A DNA stretch of 54,341 nt from Candidatus Omnitrophota bacterium. GTDB lineage: Bacteria > Omnitrophota > Gorgyraeia > Zapsychrales > Zapsychraceae. The stretch spans positions 1-54,341 of the forward strand of contig JADFXQ010000007.1 of the NCBI GenBank assembly GCA_015233495.1. Direction: 5' to 3'. The position numbers and the translations under genes were made by a program. Shown piece after piece: positions 1-9,260 of this stretch. The notes below the pieces were generated by a model. That model was not told where the DNA came from and searched no databases. It worked only from the letters and a program-made list of their open reading frames with translations. Positions within the stretch are counted from its first letter, which is position 1; every line of letters starts with the position of its first letter.

Positions 1-126
1 GTCTGCGTTTTTGGTTTTTTGTTTGGGATCAAGCAATTTATCAGCATCATGCAAATGCCGGTGCACCGGGCCATGAAGGAAATTTCCGAACTTATTTATG
101 AAACCTGCAAAACTTATCTTATTACT
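1..126 (+). pseudogene. hppA: Fragment of a membrane-bound H+/Na+-translocating pyrophosphatase gene, cut off at ~126
   Basis: Frame +1 reads VCVFGFLFGIKQFISIMQMPVHRAMKEISELIYETCKTYLIT, matching the remembered HppA motif PVHxxMxEISELIYETCKTYLITQGKF. After LIT it diverges (PAVYPWS) and stops at 148-150. Absent from the ORF track. Confidence 0.8.
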
Positions 127-3100
127 CCAGCGGTATATCCTTGGAGCTAATGCATTGCAAGGATGCCTGATCCGGACGCGATGTCGCGCTCCATAACGAC
201 GGAAGGTTCCCTTGATTCATGGACGCAAAACCAATCGACCCTCCTATAATCCCGCCAAGAAACATATCCGCATGACCTGTGGCGATCGAATATGCCCCTC
301 CTCCTATTAGAGAAACATTTTGAAACACATCTTTGGCAAAATTCGACCAACTGCTGCCTCCGACGCCCCCGGCTATACCTCCGAAAACTGCGCCCCACAT
401 AGCTCCTTGCAAGGCTCCTTGACCACCTCCCATTATGCCTCCGGTAATCGCCCCGCCAACCGCGCCTCCAAGTACTCCTCCCGCTACACCACCCCAAAAA
501 CTGCTTCCTAAAGCAGTCACGAAAAGCCCGCCCGCTCCCCCAGTGGCAATTGTGATTACTACTGCTACCACCGCCCCAATAACGCTCGCAAAAAAATTCT
601 TCCAACTCCACTTATGTCCATCCGCGTCTACTCTGTTGACCGGATTATTACCGCAATAAGAATATCGATTCAACGTTTGCGGATCATCTGGCGCTTGGAC
701 CATCTCATCCGCCTGAACAAACCTCCCAATCGCCGGATCATAATAACGCGATTCGAAATAATATAACCCCGACGTTGCGTCACTTTCCTTTCCGGTGAAG
801 TTGTATCTGGTCTGTTCTTCCGGGAATTGCGCCGCGTCGTGTCTGGCGGTTTTTCCGAAGGGTTCGTATTCGAATTTCTCTTTTACCACACCTTCGTAGT
901 CTGTGGTGACATTGGTGCCGCCTAAATGGTCGGTATGGTAAAAGAGCTGATTGCCGTTACGAACTGTGGCGATTCTGGTCGAGCCTAAGAAGATATGATC
1001 GGCTGTGCCAAAATTGTCTTCTTCGTAGAGCGACCCAACGTATTTGGTGAGCATACCGCCGGCCGCTACTTTTACCCGGCCGCCGTCACCGTCGTAGGTG
1101 AAGGTCTCGATGGTTGTGCCGTTTTTGCTGATCCCGGAAAGACGGTTTTCCGCGTCGTACACCAAATTCTGCGTATCGCCGCCTGCCACCTTCCTGGTCG
1201 TCATGTTACCGTTAGCGTCATAGCCAAACTGCGAATTGTCCGAAAGCGAAGTGACCGCGTGCGGTCCAGCGCCGTTTTCGCCATAGGTATAACTCCGGCC
1301 GTCCATAGTCTGGATGTTGCCGATTTCATTATACGTGTAAGCCTTAATGCCGTACGACCCGTTCGCCGTGGCTAAACGGTTTAAGTGATCATAGGTAAAA
1401 GTCTGGGTCGAGGTGTTGACATTATCGACTATCTTCAATATGTCGCCGATCGCGTCATAGGTATAATTCAAATTCTGCAGTTTCTGATTGGCTTTATTGA
1501 CCGTGACTTTTTGCGTTAATCTTAAGGTGGTCGGGTCAAAGGTGTTCGTGGTCACATCGCCATTGCCGTACTCGATTTTGGTGGTCTGTCCGTTGCTGTC
1601 ATATTCCACTGCTTTGACATAAAGAACCGATGATGAGCTGTACGGTTTCAAAACAGCTTCATTGGAAGGCGCACTTTCCTCTTCATCGCGCAGGGCGATG
1701 ACCACAATGTAATACGTTGTGCCGTTGGTTAAATTGCCCAACGTGTCAGCTGTGGCAGTGCCTTCATCTTTGATTTCGGAATAATTACCAGACGCTGTTC
1801 CGTATCTGACCTTATAGCCAGTCGCGCCCGTAACAGCTGTCCAACTCAATTTGACGTTTTGATCGCCCGGCAAAGCCGAATTCAAAACCGGCGCCGAAAG
1901 CGGATTTTTCGCGATCGCGGATAGCTCATTGGATTTCGCGCTTTCATAATGCGCGTTAGCCGCAGTTACGACAAAATAATAGGTTGTCCCTCCGGTCAAG
2001 CCTTTGACCGTATAGGTTCGTTCCTGGCCGGCGATATCCCCGGCAGCGTACTCCACAGTCGTCTGGGGTTTGCCATACGCTCCCGGAGCTGTGCCATAAT
2101 ATACGTTATACCCTGTAGCGCCTGCCACAGATCCCCATTTGAGCGTGACCTTTTGAGTAGCAGCTGTGGCTGTATTCAATTGCGGCGCTGATAGAATTAC
2201 GACTTCCGGCGACTTTTTGCCTTCACCGCTGGGATTGATCGCTGTAGCCGTTAAGTAATAGGTGGTTCCCGCGGTCAACCCCTTTAGGGTGTAATTAGTT
2301 GTATTCCCTAAGGAAACAGCGCTCCCGTACACTCCCGGGGTTGTACCGTAATAAATTTTATACCCGGTAGCGCTCTGGACCGGATCCCAATTTAAAGTGA
2401 TTTGATTCCCCGGACCGCCAAACCCGCTTAAATTCGGCGCTCCCGGCAAAGTCAAAACAGTCACTTCCGGAGATTTTTCGCTTTCCCCGCCGGTATAATT
2501 CACGGATGTCGCAGCTAAATAGTATAATGTCCCGTCCTCTAATTTTAGACTTTGGGTCGTGTATGTGGTAGAGCCCGCGTCTTCCGTACCAACATTATAA
2601 TCCCCGGATGTCTTGCCGCAATAAATCCGGTATTTTGTCGCGGACTGTATCCACTGCAAATTCATCGTGACTTTGTTCTGCTCGCCTCGCGCCCAAATAA
2701 TGGACGTGGCCGGAGGCAAAGTCATGGTCCACTGTTGATCGCTTTGATACCCTTCGCCGGAGGCGTTCCTCGCCGAGACACGGAAAAAATAGGATTTGCC
2801 GGGCAGTAAATCCGTTATCGTATAGCTCAACACATTGCCTACGGGTTGGGAGTTGGTGTAAACGCCTGACTCTGTCCCGTAATAAATAATATACCGGTCA
2901 GCGCCCTTAACTTCCGTCCAGTTTACCGCTATTGCTTTTTTGCCTCCAATCACGGAAATCGTGGCGGGATAGCCCGGAAGCGTCAACGCGCTGACTTCCG
3001 TAGACTTCGCGCTTTCCCCGCCTGGATCTACCGCGGTCACAGCCAGAAAATACCGTGTTCCGTTTTCCAGACCTTTGACAGTGTAGGTCGTTGAGTTCGC

Positions 3101-6100
3101 TGCCTGCACCTTTGCATTTGACTCGCCTTCTTTGCGATAATAAATGTTATAACTCGTCGCGCTTTGAACCCAGACGATATTCACTGTGATCTGGCCCATT
3201 TCACCTCTGGCCCAGCGCAGGGTTGTCGCGTCGGCCAATGTACAGGTCCATTTTTCGTCGGATTGCGTACCTTCCCCTGCCGCGTTCACCGCCGAGACCC
3301 GGAAAAAGTATTGCGTGCCGGAAGGCAGGTTTTGCAATGTATATTTAGTCACATTAGCAACCGGAACCGCAGTTAAATTCGATTCGCTGTTTTTACGGTA
3401 ATAAAGAATATAAGAATCCACGCCCGGCACCGCAGTCCAGTTGACCGTGATCGCGGTTGTTGCCGCAGACAATGAGATCGCCGGATATCCGGGTCCGGTC
3501 AACGCGATTTTTTCATTTGATTTCGCGCTTTCCCCGCTGACATTAACCGCCGCCACCGCGAAATAATATTTTGTCGCGTATGCTAAAGACAATGTCGTTG
3601 TTGTCACTTTTCCTAAAACTAAGTTTTTCGTATACGTTCCCGGACTTGTCCCGTAATAAATTTTATACGAGTCCGCGCCCGGCACCGAGTTCCAGGTCAA
3701 GGTGACTTTTTCCTTATTTACTGCTGGATCGTTTAAGACCGGCTGGTCCAACAAGGTCACAACACTTTTTTCCGTAGATTTGGCGCTTTCGCCGCTGGCG
3801 TTCAGCGTGGTCACGGAAATATAATACTTTGTCCCGGCATCCAAACCGGTTAAGGTGTATACCGATCCCGGGGCTCTTTTCGGTGATGTAGATTCATACA
3901 CGCCGGGCTGTTTTCCATAATAGATGTTGTACCCAGTCACATTTTTGACCCAATTATAACTGGCAGTGATTTGGTTAGTCCCGCCTTGCAGCGAGTTGAT
4001 TACCGTCGGAGCGGTGATGGTCGCAGTCCATTTTTGGTCGCTTTGATTGCTTTCACCGGCAGCGTTTTTCGCGGACACCCGGAAAAAATACGTAGTCCCG
4101 GCGTCTAAAGGATTCACGGTAAATGTTGTTACGTTTCCCACGTTCCGGGAATTGGGATATACACCCGAGGTTGATCCCCAATACAAGACGTACGAATCCG
4201 CGCCCGTGACTGCATCCCAATTGACCGTGATTTGATTTACCCCGCCAACTACCGAACTTATCGTCGGCGTTCCCGGAGCGGTTAACGCGCTTTTTTCCGT
4301 AGATTTTGGGCTTTCGCCTGCGACGTTGACTGCGGCGACCGTGAAATAATACTTTGTCGCATTGGCTAAATTCTGTACAGTATAGGAATTTTGATTATTT
4401 AAAAGAATCGACGCTCCATAGGAACCGGAGGTGGTGCCGTAATATATTTTGTAAGCTGTGGCGCCCGCTACCGACTGCCAAGTTAAAGTAACTTGACTGA
4501 TTCCACCTGTAATAACGCTGATTGTCGGCGTTGCTGGCACATCCGCGGCTTCGGCTTGACCTACTCCGAGGAGAGTTTCGAAGAATTGGGCAACCCCAGA
4601 AGCTAATTCGATGGTTTTAGTTTGTTTGACTTCACTTTTTTGAAACAAGGCCGGATCGTTAGCTACGCCTATAGGTTGGCCGATGGCGTTGTAACGATAA
4701 TAAATTTTCTCGCCGCTGGGATAAGTGATATCGCGGATATTCCCTAAATCGTCATAAGTCCGGCGCACCGTAAAGGATTTACCGTCAATAGTTTTGGTCG
4801 ATGTCACTTCCCGGCCCAGGTTATCGTAGGTAAACGTAGTGTTCCCGCCAGGGTAATCGACTTGCGTCAATCGCCCGATCGGATATGACACCTTCGGGTC
4901 GTCATAAGTGTATGCGACATTTATGTTGCCGTGATCGGTCTTGTTCAATAAACGATTCAAAGCGTCATAAGTAAATTCTAACTTTTGCCCTTTCGCGTCC
5001 GTCTGCGAAATCATGTTGCCTTCGATGTCATAAACATATTGCCACGCGCCCATGTCCGGGTCATTCATGCCGATCTTGCGGCCCAGAGTGTCATAAGTGA
5101 TGGTGACTTGATTGCCTTTGGCATCCGTGGTCTTGATCAGATGGCCGCGCACATCATAATCGTATTTTGTCGTCGCGTATAAAGTGAACGCTTGCGCCGG
5201 ATAAGCCGTGGACCGGCCGTCCGCGCCCGCGTATTCGCGTTTTTCAATCAGGTTACCGCGAGCATCAGTAACCGATTCTTGTTTATGCCCATTGGGATCG
5301 ATCGTCGTTGTTGTAAAATCATCATAAGAAATATTCGCGTATGTCCCATCCGGATTGGTCGACTTGATCGGCCGGCCCGCCGGATCATAATCCGTTTTAG
5401 TGCGCAGTCCAGTCGTATCAATCGCGTCCAGCTCGTCCTGATCAGTCTTTGACGAGAACGATAAATATTGATATTGCGGCAGTCCCCGTTGATCATATTC
5501 AGTGTGGCCGGACACCTGGAATGTGCCGTCCAGTCCCGTCGGGTTTTTCGCTTCAATCAGCCGTCCCAACCCGTCATAAAATTCCACGGTTTTGATCATA
5601 TCGCTTTTGCCGCTGATTATCCGTTTATAATTCGTTACCCGGGTATAATTGCTGAAATAATCAACCTGCGACGTGCGGGTAGGCATATCCAAAGAATCCA
5701 CCGGCGAAATATATTTAATTGTCCTGCCAAACAAATCATAAATGGATAAATCGCTCTGCCCATTGGAGTCGGTCACTGATTTAACCTGACCGCACAACCC
5801 ATTGTCCGCGTCAACTCCGTTTACCCCGTAATAAGCGGTTTTTGAAATGTGCCCCAAAGCGTTTTTCGTTTCGATCGGAAACACATGCAAATCCGGGTCA
5901 TAGGTAACGGTTGTGACTTTTCCAGACGGAGATGTGGTCTTGACCACATTGCCGTAAACGTCATATTCCAGGGTATTTTCCAGATACGGAGTATTGGGGC
6001 CGGTCCATTTTTGGGTTTTAGTCAATTGCCCCAGAACCGGGGTGTCTAAGTAATTCGCGGCCCCATCGTAAAGCAGTTTTACTTGTGCTAACAAATTATT

Positions 6101-8941
6101 GGATTTATCGTAAAGTTCTGTATATTGCGGCAGTCCCAACATTTGGGTCGTTGAGGTTCTCACATCATGGTATCGTGTTACCGTGATAAGGGCGTCATCC
6201 CCGATATCTTCCCCGGTGGTTAAATCAACTTCCCCTAAATTTATGGATTTAGTGACGTTGCCAAATTGCGGATCCTGCTCATAATAATTCAACACCGCGG
6301 TGCGTTTGCCGGTTGCGTTGCCGTCGAACACATATTGATCTGTCCGGCTTAATTTAATAAGTTTGACCAGCGGGTTGGAGTTATAAACCGTTTCCGTAGA
6401 ATAGGTATTCTCGGTTTTATTGAACAGTCTGCCGTCCGCGCTGTAAAACGCGGTGCTTAAGGGCAGACCTCTCCGGTAAATGTCGCTTTGATCGAAAGTA
6501 GTTTCCACCCGGTTGCCGTCAGCATCTTTCACTGTCACTTTGGCAAAACCCATGAATTCTTGATCCGCCGCGCTCCACAAACCACCGCTATAATCATAAT
6601 CCGTAACATAATTATGGCCTCGATTGTCCGAAACAGTGACCCGGTTCAATAAAGGCATGACATACGGCAAGTAAGTATTGTTCTTTTGCGTGGAAGGCAC
6701 ATATGAGACTTCGGTGGTCGCGCCAACCCCATTATCAAACTTAGTCAAGAGATCCGCTACCCCGCCGGTGCCATAGGCAAACTGTTGTTCTCCGTTGGTT
6801 GGATTATAAATATAAAAATCCATAACCCCGTCGCCGTTAAAATCGCCGGTTTGCACTTGCGAGCTCGCATTTCTTATGTCAAAAGTCACAGGAAACTTCT
6901 TGTTAACCCCATAGCCTCCTTCAATACCGGATAAACGATAATATAAACTGCCCGTGTTATACTCAAAATATCCGATATCCGTTAACCCGTCACCGTTAAA
7001 ATCCGCGGTGCATGGCGGATAAGACTGCCCGCCAAACCCAGTCACATAATGTTTTTCATCGTTACTATTATAAAATCCTTGCGACTCCCCTCCCTTATTA
7101 GTGTAAATCCGCCACGTTCCGATGGCTTTATCATAAGTAGCGAAATCCCCTAGCCCGTCCCCGTTAAAATCCCCGGGCACAAGAATCAATGAATCAGAAT
7201 ACGCGCCAAGGTCAAACGCTGTCAAAGCCGGCTCATGCGTGATATCAAAATGGTCATTCTTATTAAAGGCAATTTTCACGCCCATTTCTCCGGAAATAGA
7301 ATTCCCGGGAAACACCGCGTAAGCATCAGTTAACCGGTCGCCATTAAAATCTCCCGTTCTTATATCGCCCGAGGCCGGCCCCCAACTGGCGGCAAAAGAC
7401 ACCCAGTTAGCTAATTTGGAGCCATCGGAAAAAAGAGCGACGAACAAGTTGTTTGACGACCTATCAACAGAACCAAAATCCATTTTCCCATCCCGATTAA
7501 AATCTCCGAGCACAATCTGCGTATCCGGCCGAATATAATGCTCCGCTCCGGTTGACCAAATCTGTTTTGGCAGAAAACCCGTCCCATTGGAAAGCGCGAC
7601 TTGTATATTGCCATTTTGGGCGTCGGGAAAAACCGTGGCTATATCCGTAAAACCGTCGCCGTTAAAATCCGCCGCGTATTGCAGCTGGGATGCCCCGTCG
7701 ATAGTTATGGGTGACAACGTATATCCAGCCGACGGATCATCATTATACGTTATCGTGATCGGCGGCAGAGACGCAGTGTCATCCCGATCGCGCTGAGTAA
7801 TCTTGGTCAACAGCGACCGGCCGGTGCGCCGGCTGTTAGTGTATTCCAGAGAATAACGCCGCACAATTTTCCAACCCTGGCTCGCTTTATAAGCCACAGT
7901 GATTCCAGTGACCGGATTATCTGTTTTCATTGGAAACCCGGGCGAATAAGACACAATCTGTTCCGAACGGGTCTGCGCGTTAATTTCGAAATAAACATGT
8001 CCAAAAAATCCCTGATCAACATAATTAAATTTAATCTTATCAGTGCCGGGTGTTCCGCCAAACCACACATCGTATTCCGCGGCATTCGTGCGATGCCGGA
8101 CAATATAATAATTCCCGTTGATATCCTTCACCTCGCTCAATTTCCAGCGGTAAATTCTGGCGTTATTTTCCGGATCATATTCTCGAGAACTATCCAGCAG
8201 CAAATCATCTAAACCAAAATAGTAAGTATTTCCCGCCCGGTCATAAGCTGTCCAAATTTTCCCGTCAAAAACATATTTCGTAAAATCCCCCTGCACCTTG
8301 GCCCGGTATTCATTGCCGCTGACATTCACCAATTCTTGACTGCCGCCTCCTAATGAAGACACAAATGTATCTGCAGACGTGTAGGTAGGCACTCCGTTTT
8401 TCAAAGACCGCTCAATCGTCGGAAAAGCCATCTGCCAACCCACGCCAAACGGACCTTTGCCAGCCCGCGGTGAATACGTCAGAGCCAAAGACGGAGCCAT
8501 GCCTTTGCGGCCGGGTGGGATCGCGATCGGCAGCGTAAACACAGGAGCGCCGCTGGAGGAGTCAAAGGAAAAATTTTGCACCAGATGTTCCGGAGTAGGC
8601 GCGGCCGAGGGCGAACTCGAGGCGGTGGAAAATTGTGTTCCCGAGGTCTTTTTTCCCGCCGCAATGGAAGCCGTTTTTTCCTTTGTCTCCGAAGCAGCCG
8701 GATTAATTTTGGCAGTCGATTTATCAGCGCTAACTGGAGCGGATCCGGAAGCTGTCCCGGGCGCGGCAGTCGCCGCCGATGCTGTGGAAGAAGAAACTGT
8801 CGCAGAAGAAGCCTTCGCAGAAGAAGCGGTTTGCGCGGCTTTCGCCAGAGCTAACGAAGGATAGAAAGTTTGGTACAAAAAGCAGATGCAAACAAAAACA
8901 TTAAGCAACTTCCAAACCCTGCCCGCGAAAAAATTTTTCAT
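122..8941 (-). CDS. Giant YD-repeat/Rhs protein: signal peptide, Ala/Ser/Thr linker, SpvB/TcB-like domain, FG-GAP/VCBS repeats, YD repeats, 11 FN3 domains, Rhs core, Gly-rich hydrophobic C-terminus
   Basis: SpvB-like PIAIPPGRKGMAPSLALTYS...GVGW; several DFNGDGxxD repeats; YD repeats; Rhs core FTGKESD...YYFESRYYDPAIGRF...NNPVNRVDADG; N-terminal hydrophobic segment ending ALA-KA. Confidence 0.9.
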   Translation of the reverse strand: MKNFFAGRVWKLLNVFVCICFLYQTFYPSLALAKAAQTASSAKASSATVSSSTASAATAAPGTASGSAPVSADKSTAKINPAASETKEKTASIAAGKKTSGTQFSTASSSPSAAPTPEHLVQNFSFDSSSGAPVFTLPIAIPPGRKGMAPSLALTYSPRAGKGPFGVGWQMAFPTIERSLKNGVPTYTSADTFVSSLGGGSQELVNVSGNEYRAKVQGDFTKYVFDGKIWTAYDRAGNTYYFGLDDLLLDSSREYDPENNARIYRWKLSEVKDINGNYYIVRHRTNAAEYDVWFGGTPGTDKIKFNYVDQGFFGHVYFEINAQTRSEQIVSYSPGFPMKTDNPVTGITVAYKASQGWKIVRRYSLEYTNSRRTGRSLLTKITQRDRDDTASLPPITITYNDDPSAGYTLSPITIDGASQLQYAADFNGDGFTDIATVFPDAQNGNIQVALSNGTGFLPKQIWSTGAEHYIRPDTQIVLGDFNRDGKMDFGSVDRSSNNLFVALFSDGSKLANWVSFAASWGPASGDIRTGDFNGDRLTDAYAVFPGNSISGEMGVKIAFNKNDHFDITHEPALTAFDLGAYSDSLILVPGDFNGDGLGDFATYDKAIGTWRIYTNKGGESQGFYNSNDEKHYVTGFGGQSYPPCTADFNGDGLTDIGYFEYNTGSLYYRLSGIEGGYGVNKKFPVTFDIRNASSQVQTGDFNGDGVMDFYIYNPTNGEQQFAYGTGGVADLLTKFDNGVGATTEVSYVPSTQKNNTYLPYVMPLLNRVTVSDNRGHNYVTDYDYSGGLWSAADQEFMGFAKVTVKDADGNRVETTFDQSDIYRRGLPLSTAFYSADGRLFNKTENTYSTETVYNSNPLVKLIKLSRTDQYVFDGNATGKRTAVLNYYEQDPQFGNVTKSINLGEVDLTTGEDIGDDALITVTRYHDVRTSTTQMLGLPQYTELYDKSNNLLAQVKLLYDGAANYLDTPVLGQLTKTQKWTGPNTPYLENTLEYDVYGNVVKTTSPSGKVTTVTYDPDLHVFPIETKNALGHISKTAYYGVNGVDADNGLCGQVKSVTDSNGQSDLSIYDLFGRTIKYISPVDSLDMPTRTSQVDYFSNYTRVTNYKRIISGKSDMIKTVEFYDGLGRLIEAKNPTGLDGTFQVSGHTEYDQRGLPQYQYLSFSSKTDQDELDAIDTTGLRTKTDYDPAGRPIKSTNPDGTYANISYDDFTTTTIDPNGHKQESVTDARGNLIEKREYAGADGRSTAYPAQAFTLYATTKYDYDVRGHLIKTTDAKGNQVTITYDTLGRKIGMNDPDMGAWQYVYDIEGNMISQTDAKGQKLEFTYDALNRLLNKTDHGNINVAYTYDDPKVSYPIGRLTQVDYPGGNTTFTYDNLGREVTSTKTIDGKSFTVRRTYDDLGNIRDITYPSGEKIYYRYNAIGQPIGVANDPALFQKSEVKQTKTIELASGVAQFFETLLGVGQAEAADVPATPTISVITGGISQVTLTWQSVAGATAYKIYYGTTSGSYGASILLNNQNSYTVQNLANATKYYFTVAAVNVAGESPKSTEKSALTAPGTPTISSVVGGVNQITVNWDAVTGADSYVLYWGSTSGVYPNSRNVGNVTTFTVNPLDAGTTYFFRVSAKNAAGESNQSDQKWTATITAPTVINSLQGGTNQITASYNWVKNVTGYNIYYGKQPGVYESTSPKRAPGSVYTLTGLDAGTKYYISVTTLNASGESAKSTEKSVVTLLDQPVLNDPAVNKEKVTLTWNSVPGADSYKIYYGTSPGTYTKNLVLGKVTTTTLSLAYATKYYFAVAAVNVSGESAKSNEKIALTGPGYPAISLSAATTAITVNWTAVPGVDSYILYYRKNSESNLTAVPVANVTKYTLQNLPSGTQYFFRVSAVNAAGEGTQSDEKWTCTLADATTLRWARGEMGQITVNIVWVQSATSYNIYYRKEGESNAKVQAANSTTYTVKGLENGTRYFLAVTAVDPGGESAKSTEVSALTLPGYPATISVIGGKKAIAVNWTEVKGADRYIIYYGTESGVYTNSQPVGNVLSYTITDLLPGKSYFFRVSARNASGEGYQSDQQWTMTLPPATSIIWARGEQNKVTMNLQWIQSATKYRIYCGKTSGDYNVGTEDAGSTTYTTQSLKLEDGTLYYLAATSVNYTGGESEKSPEVTVLTLPGAPNLSGFGGPGNQITLNWDPVQSATGYKIYYGTTPGVYGSAVSLGNTTNYTLKGLTAGTTYYLTATAINPSGEGKKSPEVVILSAPQLNTATAATQKVTLKWGSVAGATGYNVYYGTAPGAYGKPQTTVEYAAGDIAGQERTYTVKGLTGGTTYYFVVTAANAHYESAKSNELSAIAKNPLSAPVLNSALPGDQNVKLSWTAVTGATGYKVRYGTASGNYSEIKDEGTATADTLGNLTNGTTYYIVVIALRDEEESAPSNEAVLKPYSSSSVLYVKAVEYDSNGQTTKIEYGNGDVTTNTFDPTTLRLTQKVTVNKANQKLQNLNYTYDAIGDILKIVDNVNTSTQTFTYDHLNRLATANGSYGIKAYTYNEIGNIQTMDGRSYTYGENGAGPHAVTSLSDNSQFGYDANGNMTTRKVAGGDTQNLVYDAENRLSGISKNGTTIETFTYDGDGGRVKVAAGGMLTKYVGSLYEEDNFGTADHIFLGSTRIATVRNGNQLFYHTDHLGGTNVTTDYEGVVKEKFEYEPFGKTARHDAAQFPEEQTRYNFTGKESDATSGLYYFESRYYDPAIGRFVQADEMVQAPDDPQTLNRYSYCGNNPVNRVDADGHKWSWKNFFASVIGAVVAVVITIATGGAGGLFVTALGSSFWGGVAGGVLGGAVGGAITGGIMGGGQGALQGAMWGAVFGGIAGGVGGSSWSNFAKDVFQNVSLIGGGAYSIATGHADMFLGGIIGGSIGFASMNQGNLPSLWSATSRPDQASLQCISSKDIPLE
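1640..4543 (-). repeat. Tandem array of 11 fibronectin type III domains inside the Rhs protein
   Basis: Eleven ~85-95 aa units with W..V.GA..Y.IYYG and Y(Y/F)..V.A.N..GES..S, counted by eye from DVPATP to AVLKPY. Confidence 0.9.
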
Positions 8942-9043
8942 GACCGCCGCCTCCGTTGAAGTTAGAAAATACCTTAAGTTGCAACGCCGCCTTTTTGCGC
9001 GACAAATCGGGCAGCGCGGAATAAGTGCCGCGAAAACAAAATA

Positions 9044-9073
9044 AGGATATCACTGCTTTTGCGCAAATGTCAA
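9044..9073 (-). promoter_or_regulatory. Putative sigma70 promoter of the Rhs gene
   Basis: Minus strand TTGACA-18 nt-TATCCT with TG extended -10, ~100 nt upstream of the ATG; GGAGG RBS present. Confidence 0.5.
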
Positions 9074-9167
9074 TAAAAATTTTTTCATCCAACAAACAAG
9101 CCTAAAATCCCGACGGTATCAACGCATTTCCAAATCGCCGCAATTCCTGTTTCCTCGGTCCAAAGCC

Positions 9168-9210
9168 AAAAACAAAAAACCTGTCCCGCAAACCAGCGAC
9201 AGGTTTCTTG
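9168..9210 (-). terminator. Rho-independent terminator after secA
   Basis: Minus strand AAACCTGTC-loop-GACAGGTTT followed by TTTGTTTTT. Confidence 0.7.
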
Positions 9211-9260
9211 CATAAAAAATCAGTTTATTTTTCACTCCGCCCCAAACGCGGATAGTCCGG

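Noticed and set aside
147-611. 154-aa Arg-rich ORF as a possible immunity or overlapping gene
   Set aside because: It is an alternative-frame shadow of Gly-rich codons; most other short or antisense ORFs in the track were rejected for the same reason.
8600-8850. Ala/Ser/Thr-rich stretch of the Rhs protein as a DNA repeat element
   Set aside because: An ordinary low-complexity linker after the signal peptide.
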